Shown here piece by piece: positions 45,602 through 47,916 of a DNA stretch of 47,916 nucleotides (the first letter of the stretch is position 1; every line of letters begins with the position of its first letter). Origin of the DNA: Thermoplasmata archaeon (GTDB lineage Archaea; Thermoplasmatota; Thermoplasmata; UBA10834); the NCBI GenBank assembly GCA_041550275.1, contig JBFEPA010000001.1, positions 1-47,916 on the forward strand. Direction: 5' to 3'. The translations under genes were made by a program, and so were the position numbers. The notes below the pieces were generated by a model. That model was given only the letters and a program-made list of their open reading frames with translations. It was not told where the DNA came from and did not search any database.

Positions 45602-47916
45602 GTGAGCATTGTTCATGAGTCGGATCGTAGAGTGGTTGTTGACGACGGGGATATCGCATCCGAGAGGATCACCGCAGCGCATACGGGGTCCCCGGGCAGG
45701 AGAATGAGAAAGGTCTCGATTTCACTGGCCGTCGTCACCATGCTCGTGCTGGTGTCAGCCGCAGTGGCGATCTCGTCTTCGTCGAACAGCGTTATCCAGG
45801 AGAAGGCGACAACGAGCACGACGATCGAGGGGCCCTACGTTCAAGTGGGCATGCTCGGCTCGGTCGTGTACTGGAACCCATTGAACATGCAGATGGTCGA
45901 GGACTATGTCGCCACGTATCTCGTGTACAGCTCGCTCTTCACATACGACCAGGACTGGGGAGGTCCGGTGAACGACCTCGCCACGGGATACTGGCAAGAG
46001 GTCCATCTGAACGGCAGCATGACGACCTACATCAACGTCACCACTAACGCGTACTTCAGAACCATAAACGACATCGACGACGCCAGCCATCCACTCACTG
46101 CGAGGGACGTATCGTACACTTACAACCTCGTCAAGAACAACTCAGGTGGCACCTTCGACTGGTACCTCGAGGAGCTCAGCTACTTCACGGCGATTGAGTC
46201 CGTCCCGGGCTCGGGTGTTTGGGATAGAGTGAGCACTTGGTGTCCATATACGAAAGCGACCCTGATAGACGATATCAGTGCAGTGCCCATCCTGCCAATG
46301 TACCTGTGGGGACCGGATGGGGAGAACTACGAGGCTAGGGCACTTGGCGAAATGGATCCCAGTGAACAGGTCGGGAGCGGCCCGTTCGTCTTCGAGGACT
46401 GGCTGAGGGACAGCTGGTACATGTTCAAGACGGCCCCCAACTATCATGGTGAAGCGGACTACGGAGCTACGAGGACCGTCAGCATACCGGGCGTGCTGTA
46501 CCAGGTGGTCAGCGACACCCAGGCGATGTGCATCGAGGTGAACAACGGAGATCTGGACTGTGCCGTCCTGACCGGCGACCTCAACGCCTTCAACAATGTC
46601 CTTGGCATGGGCGCAACCGTCAATGTCTACAAGGCAGCCGTAGCGGAGAACGGGATCACGGACATTGCGATCAATGCGTTGCCGGATTGTTTCGATGAGG
46701 GGGCAGGCTACCTAAATCGCCACCCAGCTTTGCTAGATCCATTCGTCCGGGAAGCCATCTTCATGACTCTCAACAAGGACTACATAGTGAACACGATCAT
46801 GGGCGGCCTGCCGATCATGGGCCACTCAGTCATCCAGCCCGGGTTCTGGCAGGCGGATATCCAGAACATTGTGCCCTTTGATCCCGCCGGAGCCAAGGCG
46901 ATGCTCCTGGCGAACGGCTGGGAGGACCTTGACGGAGACGGTTGGCTGGAGGCGACCGCGACTGCTTATGGCGTTCAGATGGGATGGTTCGATGCTGGGA
47001 CCGAACTCTCGGGCATCAGATGTCAGGCGGTCGACACCGACCCCAACTACGGCAAGATAGCTATTGCGTGGCCGGGCTGGGCTAGCTACGCGGGGATACA
47101 ACTCATAGGAACCATAGAGACGGAGACGACGATGGTGAACAAGGCGTGGTACGCCGCGGACTACGACATCTGGGTCTGGCACTGGGGCTGGGGCCCTGAG
47201 CCGATCGGTGGCGCTCTCAGCGTATGGCTGACCTCCGAGATCGAGAAGGCAGGAGACAACTGCCAGATGCCGATCGGTCCATGGTGGTGTCACGAGGACA
47301 ACATCACCGAATGTCCCTATGTCGACCAGGACATGATAGACAAGTACGACATCATGAACCCGGGCACGTGGGACGGCAGGTTCTCGGCGTTCGACCAGAA
47401 CATAACGGACGCCAAGGCCATCCTCGACGTCGGCGAGCGCAAGATCATCATAGACAAGCTCCAACAGTGGGTTTATGACTCTCACACCGAGCTCACGCCA
47501 TACTACGACCTCGGCCTCTATGGATACACCGACTACCGGTTCGATAACTGGGGAGATTGGGGGGCGCACAACGGATTAAGTGTGGTGCAGGGCCTGCCTT
47601 GGCTCTGGTTCATGCTTGAGCCGGTCGTGGACAGGAAACCCGTCTTCGTCATGCCGCCAGCGCTCACGTACACGGCGTACGAAGGTATCGAGGAAGCGTT
47701 CTCGGTTGCGGTGTCTGACGACGAGGGCTCGCCCCTGTACGTGAACTTCACCTTCGGCGACGGCGGAGAGGACAGTGTGTACCTCACGGGAGACACTACG
47801 GTGGCGCAGTGGGCCAACGTGACTTACACGTACACCACTGCAGGCGAGTACACCTTGAATGTGTCCCTGACGGACGGGTTCGTAGAGGACGACGCCGTGC
47901 GGAACATATACCGCGA
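45602..47916 (+). CDS. Second family-5 (OppA-like) solute-binding protein followed by PKD-like domain(s); 3' end truncated by the window
   Basis: This open frame is absent from the ORF track because it has no stop in the window. A GTG at 45602 lies 7 nt after GAGGAGGG; an alternative ATG is at 45704. The signal/anchor reads MRKVSISLAVVTMLVLVSAAVAI. SBP_bac_5-like sequence follows (GSGPFVFEDW, FMTLNKDYIVN). A PKD motif (VNFTFGDGGEDS..YTYTTAGEYTLNVSLTDG) lies at the end. Confidence 0.85.
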   Translation, partial: MSIVHESDRRVVVDDGDIASERITAAHTGSPGRRMRKVSISLAVVTMLVLVSAAVAISSSSNSVIQEKATTSTTIEGPYVQVGMLGSVVYWNPLNMQMVEDYVATYLVYSSLFTYDQDWGGPVNDLATGYWQEVHLNGSMTTYINVTTNAYFRTINDIDDASHPLTARDVSYTYNLVKNNSGGTFDWYLEELSYFTAIESVPGSGVWDRVSTWCPYTKATLIDDISAVPILPMYLWGPDGENYEARALGEMDPSEQVGSGPFVFEDWLRDSWYMFKTAPNYHGEADYGATRTVSIPGVLYQVVSDTQAMCIEVNNGDLDCAVLTGDLNAFNNVLGMGATVNVYKAAVAENGITDIAINALPDCFDEGAGYLNRHPALLDPFVREAIFMTLNKDYIVNTIMGGLPIMGHSVIQPGFWQADIQNIVPFDPAGAKAMLLANGWEDLDGDGWLEATATAYGVQMGWFDAGTELSGIRCQAVDTDPNYGKIAIAWPGWASYAGIQLIGTIETETTMVNKAWYAADYDIWVWHWGWGPEPIGGALSVWLTSEIEKAGDNCQMPIGPWWCHEDNITECPYVDQDMIDKYDIMNPGTWDGRFSAFDQNITDAKAILDVGERKIIIDKLQQWVYDSHTELTPYYDLGLYGYTDYRFDNWGDWGAHNGLSVVQGLPWLWFMLEPVVDRKPVFVMPPALTYTAYEGIEEAFSVAVSDDEGSPLYVNFTFGDGGEDSVYLTGDTTVAQWANVTYTYTTAGEYTLNVSLTDGFVEDDAVRNIYR

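Overview
The window is archaeal. It carries a TATA-binding protein gene and an HTH_10 regulator, most genes have Shine-Dalgarno-like leaders, and many starts are GTG or TTG. My spot counts put G+C at about 55-60%. I support 29 protein genes. I saw no rRNA, tRNA, CRISPR array, transposase or integrase. The gene content suggests a peptide-scavenging, surface-protein-rich organism, with these groups: (1) Redox and iron genes at 268-8502: a QueG-like 4Fe-4S protein, a VIT1 iron transporter divergent from a heme catalase, a secreted clostripain-like C11 peptidase and a flavodoxin. (2) A visibly lower-G+C island at 10113-14516 with cyanophycin synthetase (cphA), cyanophycinase (cphB) and a divergent Cys-Ntn (class II glutamine amidotransferase-like) hydrolase. 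(3) A 15-kb locus at 18820-33605 with three non-pyrrolysine MttB-superfamily methyltransferase paralogs, two C45 Ntn peptidases, an M24 peptidase and an Opp-type importer. The importer's binding protein sits on a six-PKD stalk, and no ATPase genes are present in cis. (4) Large surface proteins: a Kelch propeller on a coiled-coil stalk, and a 2,022-aa protein with TSP3, NHL and beta-trefoil-like regions and an internal cluster of membrane helices. There is also a secreted PHP esterase and a second binding protein with PKD domains that runs off the 3' end. The most unexpected non-genic signal is a modular repeat unit of about 85-105 nt: a GA-rich tract, then TCTAGCTCGGTGC, CTCTGATTGA, CCAGTCATC and GGTTTGCAYGTCGCAC. 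It recurs as single or tandem degenerate copies in nearly every intergenic spacer. In every copy I could recognise it lies in the same (+) orientation, whatever the direction of the flanking genes. All functional calls come from reading motifs by eye; no database search was possible.
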